Shown: in pieces, positions 11,223-24,617 of the stretch
How the letters are laid out: the number at the start of each line of letters is the position of its first letter
How positions within the stretch are numbered: the stretch's first letter is position 1
Assembly: GCF_964188315.1 (NCBI RefSeq)
Contig: NC_135655.1
Coordinates: 53,878,001 to 53,942,000 of the forward strand
DNA length: 64,000 nucleotides
From: Podarcis muralis
Taxonomy: Eukaryota
Direction: 5' to 3'
Translations under genes and position numbers: made by a program
Notes under the pieces: generated by a model
The model's input: the letters and a program-made list of their open reading frames with translations, nothing else
The model's database searches: none
What the model was told of the DNA's origin: nothing

Positions 11223-14200
11223 TATTGCAGGCCAATATTCTAGTTTTTTATTTTTTTTATTTTTTTTTAAATGGTGACACTATTTTTAAAAGTGTTTTCA
11301 TTTGGAAACCTAAAGTAATAACTCATAATTCAGGTGACCACCTTCCCACTTTGAAGCTTATTTGAAAATGAAGTCACTATCTGAATTTATATTTGCTTGT
11401 TCTTCAGACTGAACAGGGGTGCAAATTGGTAAAACAAAAACTAATTGTGGCTACATGACCCTAGCTCTTTCTTTCCCTTTCTTTGCTTTTCATTTGCCCG
11501 CTGTCTTGTAAGGACAGCAGTTTTTGAGAGAAGTAATTTTAAATGACTGAAATAAGTAATTAAAAATTTATTGTGTTTTTAAGCAGTTTGAGCAAATGGG
11601 GCGGCGGGGGTGGGGGCAAGGCATACTTGCCTCCTCATTTCTTCACTTTGTAGCAATAAACCAGAAGCCATCTAATGAACAATTGTGAATGTTTGTTTGT
11701 GGGGAGAGAAGAAAATTAGCCTGTGGAGAAGAAAACAAAAACTGAAGATCAGCTTTAATATGCCATGAATATTTCACAAGAAACAAAAATAAAGCCTACT
11801 TGTTAAAGCAGTGGATGGATTTTTCCATGGCATCCAGATCTTCTTATTCATTATATTTTGAGAGAAAGAAAAAAAATGCCCCTCTTATTAACCCCCACTT
11901 CTCTTTCTGCTTCTGAGTGACATGTAGCTTGCTCAGTTCACTTTGTCCTCGAGAGAATTTGGAGGTCATTCTTCTTCTTTAATTCTGTTCTCTGCTTGTG
12001 GCATACCATGGGTCATATACATAATGTTGGTGAAAGATTCCTGTTTGTGCAACAGAATTTGCTTCTGCTCCCCCCCCCCCCACGCTCCCCAAGTCTACGC
12101 TCCCTGGGTGGAGGGGAAACCCCTCCAGACTTAGAGGTTGAGTGAGCATGAGGAGAGGGTGTGAAAGTTTCATTGCACAGCCAGAAGTCAAACAACTTTT
12201 TTGGGTGCTATCCCATGGCTTGAATTATCCAGATAAAACCTGCAAAAATTGGTGTATGAAAAATTCCGTCTTGAGATGTGTGTGAGTTAATGCCATTTTG
12301 GTCCTTCCATTTCATTGATTTTTATGTAAGAATTTCATGTGGTTGCATGAACTGTCATAGAAAAGCAATTCTCCTCCACCATGTTCAGATGTAGGTGTGA
12401 GAGAGGATAATGTACATGGTTTAATCTGTATTAGAAAAGGTTTGAAATACAGTATCATGAGAATGCTTGGTGAGAATGAATGAAATACCTTGCTTGCATG
12501 GTAGAGATGGGCAAATTCTACCCAGTTCACTTTACAAAAATGAAAAATGATATGAGTTCCTCTAAAAGAATAAATGGAAGATGGGTTTTTTTCTGTGTCA
12601 ACTCAAAACTCAGGAAAATGAACCATCTTTTCAATTCCCGTTATGTGCCATGTTGTAAGGGAAAGTTGTAGCAGAGGACTGTTTGTTTCAGTCAAAACAG
12701 TAGGAACAGCAACAAAGCGTTTCAATGTAGAGTTCGCCTCTTTGAGATTCCATCCAGATATGTCCATTCTTCCAGAATAGTACACTCCATTCCTTCTCCC
12801 CTCCCAATTTTCTGTTTCCCTACAACAGACATTCAGCCTTCCATGGCTACTGAGGATTCTCACCTATCATGAGGCTGTGGGGTTGGAGGTGGGATGCCCA
12901 CTTACTCCCCCCCCCCCCATACTTGCTGGACTTCTGCATGCCTTGGGGTTCCCCTAAGGATGCAAATGAATCTGTTTTGTTTATTAGCTATCCTGTTTTG
13001 GCTGCAATCATTTGCCACCCAAGTTCACTATTAGAGGGAGTGATTCTTGACCTCTTCTATCCTAGATGCTGGAATCCCTCCAGCCAGCTAGTTAAACATT
13101 GAGTGTGATGCAACCTCTAACCAGGTAAATTGGAGTAAGTGAGAGGTGTAACTGGGATGGGTGTATAGCCTGGGAAGAGTTCCATGACCAAGACAGAGAA
13201 GGCTAGCGGGCCACATACCAGCACCCTTACAACCCAAGCTTGAGCGTCTCAATCTCTGTCTTAAGCAATGGCAAGTCTATGGGATGAGAAACCTACAACT
13301 ATCCCTAACTTTTATTAATGGTATTAATAATAAAGACACACTTTTTAATTAAGAAGACACCCTGAGTCTCTCCCACTCACCCCCAGAATGCATTCTCTTG
13401 CAAGTAAAAGCAGGGGAGAAAGATTTAATGAGGTCTTTTGCTTTTGACCTGATTAAGTACTTGCTCTATTTTATCTTCTTCTGCTCTTGGCCTCTGCAGC
13501 TCATAAATAGTCCTTGGGATCAGTACACTGACAAGGCCACTGTAGGCAATAGGTTTCCTGCCCTTCTTAGATATGATGATTGACAATGTAATCTGAGAGA
13601 ATGTTATGGTGCCATGTCTGCTGTGATATATTATGAACATTCTCGATTGGCTACCAGGCTTTTTCTTAATTGTGATGGAGCGCAGCGTTAGATTTATTGA
13701 TATGCAAAATACAGCCACACTAACCAGATTCCCAGCATCACCTTCATACATCTTTTTGTTTTACTTAGGGCTGAGTCAAAGGGATATTTTTTTGGGGGGT
13801 GGGGAGGTGGAAAACAGAGAATGATTTAGGAAGGACATCCCCCTTAAAAAGTTGATGGTCCAAATGGGTTTCTGTCAACTCCATTATTTTTCCAGGAGGC
13901 CAGCCCTCAGCCCCTAAAACGAGTGTCATCACTGAAGTGTGGGGAAATGAAGTTTTCCCTTGCTTGTACTTGAATACTTTTATCTTTTTATTGGTTTTAT
14001 TCATGGTATGTAATGAAGTGGTTCTTTTTTTTTTAGCAGTTTTTTGCAACTGATGTGTTTATATGAATTTTATGTTGTAGATAGCTTTACTTAATTTTTC
14101 TAAAGAAAAGTGGAATACAAATTTATAAATGAAAGAATGAACACTTCAAAAATAAGAGTGGGTGTGAAGGTGCTGTTGCAATTACCCTGACCCCCCCCCA

Positions 14201-16067
14201 TTACCCCACCCCCCTAAAGAATTTTGAATCACTTCAAACTCTCCCTCCTCATATTGATGATTTTCAGGGTTCTATATTATGTGAGGAGATTCCATGGACT
14301 TCCGTGAGATAGAAGGAGACAAACAGCAATAGTGGGTGGTGGAACTAGCATACTTTTAGGAACCCGGCTTCCAAACTGTTTGGTTTCATATGGATGAGCC
14401 TTGCCTCAAACTGGTGCAGGGGATGGTAAGAGAGACAAAACATGACTGTGAACATGCTTTCCATTGCTGCAGCAGATGCAAGAGAGGAAATGTTCTGAAA
14501 TCCTCACAGTAGCACTCAAAAGCAGTTCAGGGGATAGGTGGTGAATGCAAGGAATGAACCTGAGCTCTGCTCTGCTCCTTCGTCGGACTAATTCACTGTG
14601 GAGCTTTTGTAGTACAACTGCTTAGATGTCTATCGACTGGTAAACACGCTATGAGATGCAGCTAGACTATTCCCCTTTTAATATTTCAGTTGCCTCGAGG
14701 CAGCAAAAAAAATGTCCGAGAACAGGAAACTAACGAAAGCCTTTTCAGTAATTTCCTCCTACAGCTTTGAGCCAACTCTAGGGTCAAACCATTTGGTCTA
14801 ACCTTTTCACCTTTCCAAGCTCAAATGTAATTCAAATGGAGAGAGGAAAAGCTAAGGTAAACAAAAATGGAACCAATATATAGGGATGAGGAAAAATATT
14901 AGCTCCTGCTTAACTCTGAATTCTCTTGGACAGAAACAGAATTGGTGCTAGAAATCAAAGCAACTTTATCTAGTTGCCAGAATCTATTTATTAAATGTTC
15001 AGAAATTTAGCTCCTGATATGGATGGGTCCTTCCACACAAACCATTTGTAGTGATGCAGCTGCTGTTCATTTTTGGAGTGAAATTGTAGCAGACCATTCA
15101 CACCAGTGGTTGCAGGTCACTGGTTTTTGGGAGGGTGGTTGCACGGGATATGTTCAGATTGAGAAATCTTCTCTGGTTGTAGCCACATCACTTCTGTTCC
15201 TCCAACCAAGTAAATGACAAAGTTATGAGCAGGCACACAGGGTACTGATACCAGCACAGGTCACGAGACATGCATGAAACTGCAAATGGTGCAGTAGAGT
15301 AATGATTCCAAATTGTGCAGGAACAGGTCCAAAGACATAGTTCTGTTCCGAATCATAAGTAGTTTTTACATTGCTGAATGCAAACCCTGTAGTGCTAAAA
15401 TGTAATAAATTGGATCTCTGTCGCCGCTTTCCCCTTAAGAGTAGTGGGGGGAGAGACATGGATCTGCCCCCACCAACATAAGGGTGGTGGGAAAAGGAAA
15501 AGGCCTTGCAAGTATGGCAACCTGTAAAGTTAATGATGCAAAATGTCTGCCAGAACTGTCTGACTCACTTAGCAGAAGATGCTGATGGGTGCTGCTTGCA
15601 TTTTCAAGCTCTAGAGAAGCTTGTTACTTCAGCTGGAATGATTGTTATTGTCTCACTTTATTTGTCGTCAAGGACAAATTCTGGAATAATATGATTCCAG
15701 GCAAAAGGGGAAATATGGTTGGTTGAAATCTGATATTTTATGCCAATTTATTACTCAGTAACGGAACTAGCTTTATTCCCTATGAATAACAGGAGTCCTT
15801 ACTAAAAGATGCACTGACAGATTATGGATTATAACAACGTTTAAGGGGGAACTTGGATAAATACAGCCTCCCTTTCTCTGCCTAATCCTGAAGAAACTTT
15901 ACTGAGCCCCCTAACAAATGCTACCTTAATATAACATTATCTGTTGTTGTTTCTTATTTTACTTTTCCTTATTGTGAGCATCTCTAGATATTTATGGAAT
16001 AGAGCATTTTTCTTGCTGTGTGCTTAATAGTCCATGGCTGTTTATTCACAGTCACTTGGGAATAATT

Positions 16068-16177
16068 TAACAAATTTATTACAGCATAAGCTTTCATGGA
16101 CTAGAGCTCAATCTGTCAGTTGTGTCTGGTGAATTGGACTCTAGCCTGCAGAAACTTACATCAGAATAAACGTGTTA
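16068..16177. mobile_element. Palindromic Penelope-like remnant with two degenerate hammerhead-like halves
   Basis: Arms TAACAAATTTATT / AATAAACGTGTTA; GCATAAGCTTTCATGGACTAGAGCTC resembles the PLE terminal motif seen at 33400. Confidence 0.5.
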
Positions 16178-16299
16178 TTCTATGTTGTTAACAGAGAGCG
16201 CCATTTCGTGTCCATTTTGAGTCCCTTCATGATCAGCTTGGCAGTTCCACTTATGCAACCTATTGAAAAGGGGCTTACTCAATGGCCCAGTCATAATAT

Positions 16300-17190
16300 T
16301 TTTTTTAATTATTAAATTTATATATCTCCCTTACTATTAGGGTCACAGGGCAGTTTACAGTATAAAATCGCAAAAATATATAACAAAATAGGAAGCAAAA
16401 CAACAACTCCTCCCCCCAGTTTAAAAGGCCTGAGGCTGATTAATTCGCCAAAGGTCGAGGAGAGAGGAATGTTTTTGCCTGGCACCTAAATATATGTAAT
16501 GAAGGTACCAGGCAAGCCTCCCTGGGGAGAGCATTCCACAAACAGGCAATCACCAGGGCAAAGATCCATTCCCAGACCTCTTGTGAAGGAGGCACACAAA
16601 GAAGGGCCTCCGAGGATGATCACAGCTCTGAGTTGGATGAGAGGCAGTCCTTGGAGTATTGCTGTCCTGAGCTGTTGAAGACTTTATAGATCAAAACAAG
16701 CACTGATGATATCAGAAGCTGCTAAGAAGTGAAGAAGAATTAACAGGAATGCATTTTCTGTCTCTTTTGTGACAGAGGTCATAATGCAGGGTGACCAAAG
16801 CAGTTTCTGTGCCAAAAGCCTGATTGAAATGAATCTAGAAATCAGTTTCCTCAAAGAGCACCTGGATCTGGTCCATGATAACCACCCAATAACTTTGCCC
16901 TAGATGGGGCGATTGTTCACCTTCTGGTAATTACTTTCATATTCTGAATCCATGGAGGGTTTCTTAAGAAGTGGTCTTACTACTGCCTACTTAAAGCAGG
17001 CATGGAACACTCATTATCACAAGGAATCATTAATCACCTCCCTGGCCCAGTCAGCTGTATCTTTCCTGCTAGTTTTTATCAGCCAAGAGGGGCAGGGCTC
17101 CAGAGTTCAAGTGGTTGCCCTGATCAATCCAAACACCTTGTTCACAACATCTAGCCTCACCAACTGAAATGCATCCAACAAAACAGGACT
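16300..17190 (-). mobile_element. L2 LINE fragments
   Basis: L2 3' terminus (TTTATAT..CAGGGCAGTTTACA..GGGAGAGCATTCCACA) and RT-region remnant (..ACTACTGCCTACTTAAAGCAGGCATGGAACAC..). Confidence 0.6.
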
Positions 17191-18490
17191 GGACACCCCT
17201 TGAGATTAATCTGCTATAACAGCAGAGTCAAGATCCCAGTGGATGCAAGCAATTTTACCCTCAACAAAACTTCCCCATTGCTTTTATGGATCATGCCATC
17301 TGATGAAATTCAAGGCCTAGAATTTCAAGTTCTTTCCCCACCATTTTTATGGGTGAACCATGAGGGAACAAAGGTTTGCATAAATGGTGATAGCATGTCC
17401 AATTATGGTCACTGTTGTGTCATGCAATGCCCACTGATGTGAATGAAATTCAGGGAGACATGGCAGTATATTATTCAGAAAACTACAGTTCCACAATGCA
17501 TCAGGTAATTCAGTGTGAAAGGAACATTAGGAACTAGGAAAGAAGTGCTGGCATTATAACCAGGAAAACGAATGCAATAATCCCCACATCTTAATGCACC
17601 CATAAAATACAATGGTGTATGGATAGGCCAATATAAATCCACCACTAACACACTATTGTTATTGCATCAGTGACATACTGCAGAATACACCTGAGGGAAG
17701 AAAAACATGAGTTTGATAAGGCTAAAGATAGAATATGTTTTTTCCTCACTAGACAAGTAGATGCTGTGTGTCTGTCTTAAAAGGTTGAAACAAGAGGACA
17801 GTTACTGCTTTGAAAAGCATATCACAAAAGTACTTTGTGGGGTTAAAGCACAGGAGACAGCAGGTAGCAAATGTTACAAATGGCAACAAAACCTTCAGCT
17901 GAAAGTGCTGCCTAGTGAATTAATCAGTGCATTCAGTCATAAGGCCAGAAGCAGCAGGACAGAGGAAACAAGGAGGGTAGGCAAGAAAGAGGTTTGGAGA
18001 GGAGATATGAAAAAGATTGTCAGTGAGGCACATGAAAGCACAATGGTCATGCTGCCGCCACCGCGAAAAATAAAGGAAGAGAACAGAATATTATTGTTTA
18101 TGGAGCCATCACTTCTGAAAGAGAAATTCGGCTCCAGTGATACTGTTGAGACATCAGCAGCCGTTTTCTTCTTGTTTGATTATTAGTTTGGTTTGTGATG
18201 TTCTGCAGCTTTTCATTGCCCAACAAAAGAAAAACTGACAATATTTCCCAGTAGCTGTCATAGGAGGGACCACTCACTTAAGGCGAATATTTGTGTTCTC
18301 TACCTTGGCTGCTTCCCCAAGATGCAGTCTGAACGCCAAGGAATGCCTGTGCAGATACATGTGCACCCATAGATGCCCAGTTGATAGCACATGGTCGACA
18401 GGCTAGCTTGTCACTGTGTTTGCATTCCCGTGGCTGCCCACATGTTGGGGAATCTGGTTCTCTGAACAGACTATGACTACAATTCTCAAT

Positions 18491-18765
18491 TTAGGGTGGT
18501 AAGATGGAAAAGAGAATGCCATTAATATCTGTGTAGAAAGGGGAATTTCAGCAGGCATAACTTGCATGGCAATTTACATTGGCAATGAGTCCTGATTTGC
18601 AGATGACAGTCCTCAATTTGATGGGCTGCTGGAGGTCAGTCCTGTTTTTAAGGGGCTCTCTGGCCAAGTCTGGCTTAAAGATGATAAACCTGAAGAAGGA
18701 AAGAATATGAGCCTTGAACTTTCCCATCAACACTTGGCACCTAGGCAGGCAAACTGGTCACCTAG
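18491..18765. mobile_element. Old non-autonomous DNA transposon, probably hAT-like
   Basis: Degenerate TIRs TAGGGTGGTAA...TGGTCACCTAG with internal GACAGTCC repeats; explains the spurious ORF 18548-18733. Confidence 0.45.
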
Positions 18766-20064
18766 TATGGTGAGATGTTTTTGGATTTAATTATTTGAAA
18801 AGTCACACCTATACATATAAATTAGCATATACACATTTTATACAATTGTGTGTTCTTTCAAGTTCTTTGGGTGAGGCATTCCTTCCCCCACCCACAGCCC
18901 CAATCTGGCTCTTATTGTCTGTTATTCTGGCTTCAGGCCTGTTCTGGACCATTGGTATTGGCTTAAGTGGAACTGCTCCAAAATGAATTAGCTCTTCCAT
19001 AACACCGCTTCACACCCTAAGAGGAAAATCCGGCCTTCATCCAAAGTATCATACTTCAGCAACTACAATGCATTTTTAGTTCTTTCAGCAGTTCTGCTGT
19101 TACAGATTTTTATGTTTGAAAATAGAAGGAAAGCTCATCTTATGTTGGGTCCTTGCTTTCCTCCTAAACCTCATTAAAGCTACACACAGAGTCCATCAAT
19201 AATGAGATTGTCCCTCTCAGCAACCCTCATTGTCCATTCATTTTTCTTTCCCACCTGCGCCCACAATGGTGGCTGTTTGCTCCCACATATATTCAACAAG
19301 GCATCACTTGTAAGCTGGCCCCCATTCATTTCATTCCATTCCTGTTTGAAAAGCCTGACAAAAAGCCCAGTGAAAAGCCTTTCAATGCAAATGTCACTTT
19401 AATGACTTGGTTCATTCACTGGAGGGGAATCCATGATAACTTGACTTCTCCCTCCTGCAAATAGAAGAAAATGTTTTCATAAAGCCCCCAACGTGTCCTG
19501 TTTGTTAATGAAAATGCCCTGGTTTGAAAACCAAAATCAGCAGCTCCGAGAGTCTTGATAATGCATTCCCCCCCCCCTTCACCAAGCCTCTAGCCTTCTC
19601 TCTGTGTGTATCTGACTTTAGAAATTCATCTGTTTTCCATGCCTTTCATTTGATTCATTTTCTCCACAGAGAATTTTCCCTTGAGGATTAGAAAGCCTGA
19701 TAGGTTTGGTTCCTTCTGAACATGTTTAAATATCAAATTATGGGAGAATTACATGTGTAGTTACCCTTGTTAAAGCCAAAGGACAAACAAGCTCAGTCTA
19801 ATTTTGACAATCTGGGTTTGAGGTTGGTTTTAGAGTCATAAGTTCTTATTTTTTGTTTACTGTCTTGAGAGAGCAGCGATAATAAAAACCACAAGGATTT
19901 AACATTAGAAATCTGTTCTCTAGTCAGTCTTTGTGCACAAACCCAGCACAATGCTATTAAGCAATGGAGATGTGGCATATTGGCATACTTCAGCCATTAG
20001 AGTTCATTTCAAAATGCAATTTAAGAACATGAGATTTGCCTTGTGTGTTTGGTAACCTCTCTAG

Positions 20065-20201
20065 CAGGGATGGGGAACCTGTGACCCTCCAGCTGTTATT
20101 GGACTCCAATTCCCATCAGCTCCAGCGGAGAGGACAAATGCTTGGGGGTGATAAGAGTTGTAATAAACAACAACTGAAGTGTGGCAGGTTTCCAATCCTT
20201 G
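20065..20201. mobile_element. hAT-type palindromic MITE (diverged relative of 5009-5144)
   Basis: CAGGGATGGGGAACCTGTG...CAGGTTTCCAATCCTTG; ACAACTCCCATCA-like core. Confidence 0.65.
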
Positions 20202-20370
20202 ATCATAGAATCATATATTTGTAGAGCTGGAAAGGACCCTAAGGGTCGTCTAGTCCAACATCCTACAATGTAGGAGTCTCGGCTAACGCATCCAAGACAT
20301 ATGGCTATCCAACCTCCATTTAAAAATTTCCAAATGGAGGAGATTCCACCTTCCAAGGGTGTCCACTGTC
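20202..20370 (-). mobile_element. CR1 LINE 3' fragment
   Basis: ATCATAGAATCAT..GAGCTGGAAAGGACC..GTCTAGTCCAAC is the CR1 3' terminus; ORF ..VGCWTRRPLGSFPALQIYDSMI. Confidence 0.8.
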
Positions 20371-21418
20371 AAACAGCCCCCATTTGTTCATTCATTTTTA
20401 TTTGAATAAATAAAAACAAAATTGTGTTCATTCACTCATTTTTAACTGTTTTGGTCCTGTTTGCTAGTTTCTCATAAGCATCTGATTAGTCGGAATATAT
20501 GACTAGATGGGTTTTCAGCCTGATCCACCAGAGCTCTGCTTATGAAGTCATTGTTTTGCATTGAAGAAATAGACAAGAAGTCAGGGAAAGGTCACAGGAA
20601 GAGTGAAAGCAAGAGAGCAGTGGAACTAATAGAGTGGAAACCTTTATGCAATTCAGTTAGACTGCACATTTGAAAATTCCTCTTTTTAAAAGAAATTGTC
20701 CTTGGAAGGTTGGAATGTGTGTAAATATTAAGTTGTTGGGATGGAAATAATCAAACATAGCATAAGACTGGCTTGATCATTTATTGAAATGAAGGGTGGG
20801 AAACAGAAATTAATGAATCAATAAAAATGACTGTAAAATGGGACAAAATATGATTTAAATGCAAATATAAATGGGGAAATGGGGGGGGGGGAGTTCTGCA
20901 TGCCCCTGGTTTGAATAGATGGGATGCAGCACTGAAGTTTCTAGAGCCTTATCCAAAGAGATGAGGCTAATGAAAATGGCTCCTAATATAAAGTCACATG
21001 TAGTTTGGGCCTCACATCCTTTCCTCATATTTTTCTCCCAATTTTCCTCCCAATTTTTCTCACAGGCCCATATAAGTTCAGCACAAACAGTTGGGCCTGG
21101 TGAGCATTTAAGGTCCCCAACCCTAATCTGCGGGTTGCCATCTGATTGGATTTTATTCTGATCCTGATCTGATTTGAGGATGTATTTTAATTGATTGTCT
21201 GATTTTATGTTAATGTGTTATACATTTGATGTTAGCTGCTCTGAGCCCGGCTTTGGCTGGGGAGGGTGGGATATAAATAAGAAATATTATCATTATCATT
21301 ATTATTATTATTTAATCCCCTCTAATATAATGAATGTGTTGTTTTGCAGTAATAGTGCTAAAGAGCCCTAAGCATCTCTTCCCATTTCAATTTAAGGAAC
21401 AGCAAGTCCAAGCTGTAT

Positions 21419-21787
21419 GGGGCGCAGGTGGCGCTGTGGGTAAAACCTCAGCGCCTAGGACTTGCCGATTGCATGGTCAGAGGTTCGAATCCCCACGGCG
21501 GGGTGAGCTCCCGTCATTCGGTCCCAGCTCCTGCCCACCTAGCAGTTCGAAAGCACCCTTAAGTGCAAGTAGATAAATAGGTACCGCTTTATAGTGGGAA
21601 GGTAAATGGTGTTTCCGTGTGCTGCTCTGGTGCCGGTTTGCCGGAGCAGCTTCGTCACGCTGGCCACGTGACCCGGAAATGTCTGCGGACAGCGCTGGCT
21701 CCCGGCCTATTAAGTGAGATGAGCGCACAACCCTAGAGTCTGTCAAGACTGGCCCGTACGGGCAGGGGTACCTTTACCTTTACCTTT
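21419..21787 (+). mobile_element. Sauria SINE, full length
   Basis: tRNA-like head with A box (GGTGGCGCTGTGG) and B box (GGTTCGAATCC), conserved body, Bov-B-like 3' part and (ACCTTT)n tail. Confidence 0.92.
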
Positions 21788-22008
21788 TAAGTCCATGCTG
21801 AGTTTTCTGCCTTATCTCAAAGCAATGCCGGCACATTTGCTTCCTTACTTTTGTGACTACCACTTGTTTGCACCATTTTGGAAGTGTGTTGCATTTGTAA
21901 ATGTAAACATTTACACTCTGTAGGCATTTTCGCTGTAAGCATTTTCAGCATTCAAGTACTCTGTGTTTGCCTGTGCCTTAAGTATAATGTTTTGCACAGA
22001 AGCTAATA

Positions 22009-22295
22009 CAGTGGTGCCTCGCAAGACGAAATTAATCCATTCCGTGAGTCTCTTTGTCTTGCAGTTTTTTTGTCTTGTGAAGCACGGCTATTAGCGGCTT
22101 AGCGGCTATTAATAGCTTAGCGGCTTAGCGGCTTTAAGAAAAAGGAAACAAACTCGCAAGAACTCGCAAGACGAAACGTCTTGCGAAGCAAGCCCATAGG
22201 GAAATTCGTCTTGCGGAACGACTCAAAAAACGGAAAACCCTTTCGTCTAGCGAGTTTTTCGTCTTGCGAGGCATTCGTCTTGCGGGGCACCACTG
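22009..22295. mobile_element. Second Tigger-like MITE family
   Basis: TA-CAGTGGTGCCTCGCAAGACG...CGTCTTGCGGGGCACCACTG-TA; internal (TTAGCGGC)n repeats. Confidence 0.88.
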
Positions 22296-22445
22296 TACTT
22301 TGGTATGTGTCTCTACTATTTCTATGTAGGCATCAAAAAACAACAAAAAGTAGGGGAACTGTCCTCAAAGTGCTGTTTTCTTCCATTGCCCCTTCTGTTC
22401 CTTATATCAGTCAATTGCCTCTGTTAACATTCTTCCCACCTCCAA

Positions 22446-22530
22446 GAACATAAGAAGAGCCTGGTGGATCAGGCCAATCACCCATCTAATCCAGCATCAT
22501 TTTCTCACAAGGGCCAAGCAGGACCTGAGC
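22446..22530 (-). mobile_element. CR1-type 3' fragment
   Basis: AAGAACATAAGAAGAGCC..GGATCAGGCCA..CCCATCTAATCCAGCATC. Confidence 0.65.
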
Positions 22531-22742
22531 ACCTCTGATTCAGAGTTTTGTAAATTGTACATGCTGGTAAATTGTACAGCAATGAAAACAGGTTTTTCTT
22601 CTAGAACATGGCTGTAGCCATAGCAGCCTTGCGAGGAGAACTAGGAGAGTCAGATCTGAGAACCAACATGAACTGGTCTGCATTGGGTCCTTTTCTAACG
22701 TGCATAGATGGAATTGTCTAATGCGGTTTGTGTTTTGCTGTA

Positions 22743-22958
22743 CAGTGGTACCTCGGGTTACATACGCTTCAAGTTACAGACGCTTCAGGTTACAGACTCC
22801 GCTAACCCAGAAATAGTACCTCGGGTTAAGAACTTTGCTTCAGGATGAGAACAGAAATCCTGCTCCAGCAGCGCGGCGACAGCAGCAGGAGGCCCCATTA
22901 GCTAAAGTTAAGAATGGACCTCCGGAACGAATTAAGTACTTAACCCGAGGTACCACTG
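22743..22958 (+). mobile_element. Tigger-like MITE (internally deleted)
   Basis: CAGTGGTACCTCGGG...CCCGAGGTACCACTG with TA TSD. Confidence 0.88.
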
Positions 22959-23169
22959 TATTTTAAATCATTGGAAATTGGTGGAAAGGGGGGTGCAAGA
23001 ATAAGCAGGGGAATGTACAGGTGATTTGGTTTACCAGCTCTGAGCTTGCAGCTGGAAATGATGCATCACCATGGCACTAGAACTGACTATACCAAAGAGG
23101 TAACTGGAGAAATGCTTTAATAACAAATAACAGCCCTGTAGTAGTAATGGTGGTGGTGGTGGCAAAAAA

Positions 23170-23302
23170 AAAATTGTACCCTGTCCATCTGACTGGGTCA
23201 ACCCAGCCACTCTGGGTTTTCCAACAGGGTATACAAAAACACAACAACAATACAACAGAACATCACACATTAAAAACATCCCAAAACAGGGTTGCCTTCA
23301 GA
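23170..23302 (-). mobile_element. L2 3' fragment
   Basis: TACCCTGTCCATCTGACTGGGTCAACCCAGCCACTCTGG..CAGGGTTGCCTTCAGATG. Confidence 0.6.
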
Positions 23303-24394
23303 TGAGTGGTAGCCAGATAGCAGGGTGGTGCAGTTGCTGCCATAGTCAGGATAGAGGCAAGGCCTCTTCCTGCACCAGAGATTTTTTGGGGCTTCCGCAT
23401 CTCACAGGGCTAGGCAGCATAGCAGGTCCAGGCAGCATAGTGAGCCCTTTAAATGGGCTGGCAGTCTCCACCATCAGCCTCTGCCTTGCTTTGTGGACTT
23501 CAGGGCAGTACATGAGGGCCCCTTTGGACTTGTTAGTGGTGCACCTGGACTAGAATGACTTGGGCAGCAGAAAAGACCTGACCCGGAGCTGTCAGTGAAA
23601 GTGGATCTCACCCAAACTGTCAATGTGTTTCCAAAAATAAATAAATGTCCAGACAACCAGATTTGAGGGAACAAAGTTTATTTTGATTGGTATCCTACTG
23701 TAATACCCTGAGGTCTCGTGGCAAATAAGAACTGGCAATCAGTTAAATAGCTAAAGCGTGTGAAAGGATCCCTTCACTAGGGGATAACTTTCTGTCTTTC
23801 AAAGTAATTGCAGTGGGGAAAACACTGGTGCAAAGTGATCATTGATTTCTGAGAGCAGAGCCAACCTCCACATCATTGTACTTCAAGGGTCAGAACTGCA
23901 TCTAGGGCCATCCTAAGGCAAAACAAAGGCAAGCCATAAGTGGGAGTTGGAGTATTTGAATTTCCCAGCAGGAGTTTAAAAACAGAAAACAACAACAGAG
24001 AAGAACCCTTGAGCTCAGGCTGCTTGGTACACTTCAGCAGCCTGTTGCTGCACCTGCTGCTGATCCTCCACAAGCTGCCAAGGCTGACAGACGACAGCTC
24101 TCTGCAAGGGCAGGAAGCCTGGCAGTCAGACTGCGCCAGTGCCTACTTATGATATAGCTGCTGCTCTGTCCTTCTGTGCCCCCACCACCTCTGAAAGAAA
24201 TAGTAGGACATCCTATGATGCTATGTCATCAGCTGGAAAATGTTCTGTGTTTAGAGTTCAGAGGAACCACGATTTTGCATTCTTGATGTTACATTTTGTT
24301 ATGTGATGCTATGCATTTTCTTGGAATATTTGGAGGAAAGATGCAAAATTGGAAACAACAACTTCCCCTTTCTCTCTCTCTTTTAAAACTTCTA

Positions 24395-24617
24395 CAGTGG
24401 TACCTTGGGTTAAGAACTTAATATGTTCTGGAGGTCTGTTCTTAACCTGAAACTGTCCTTAACCTGAGGTACCACTTTAGCTAATGGGGCCTCCCGCTGT
24501 CACCACGCCACCGGAGCACGATTTCTGTTCTCATGAAGCAAAGTTCTTAACCCGAGGTACTATTTCTGGGTTAGCGGAGTGTGTAACCTGAAGCATCTGT
24601 AACCCGAGGTACCATTG
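24395..24617 (-). mobile_element. Tigger-like MITE, reverse orientation
   Basis: CAGTGGTACCT...AGGTACCATTG with TA TSD. Confidence 0.85.

Noticed and set aside
17761-18186. 141-aa plus-strand ORF
   Set aside because: No recognisable domain and no convincing splice boundaries; the length is compatible with chance in a purine-rich stretch.
18548-18733. Exon-like ORF with good splice signals
   Set aside because: Lies inside an old TIR-bounded DNA transposon remnant.
21419-21500. tRNA gene (also 54226, 58637 and 60640 regions)
   Set aside because: A/B-box heads continue directly into SINE bodies; no complete cloverleaf or T-run terminator.
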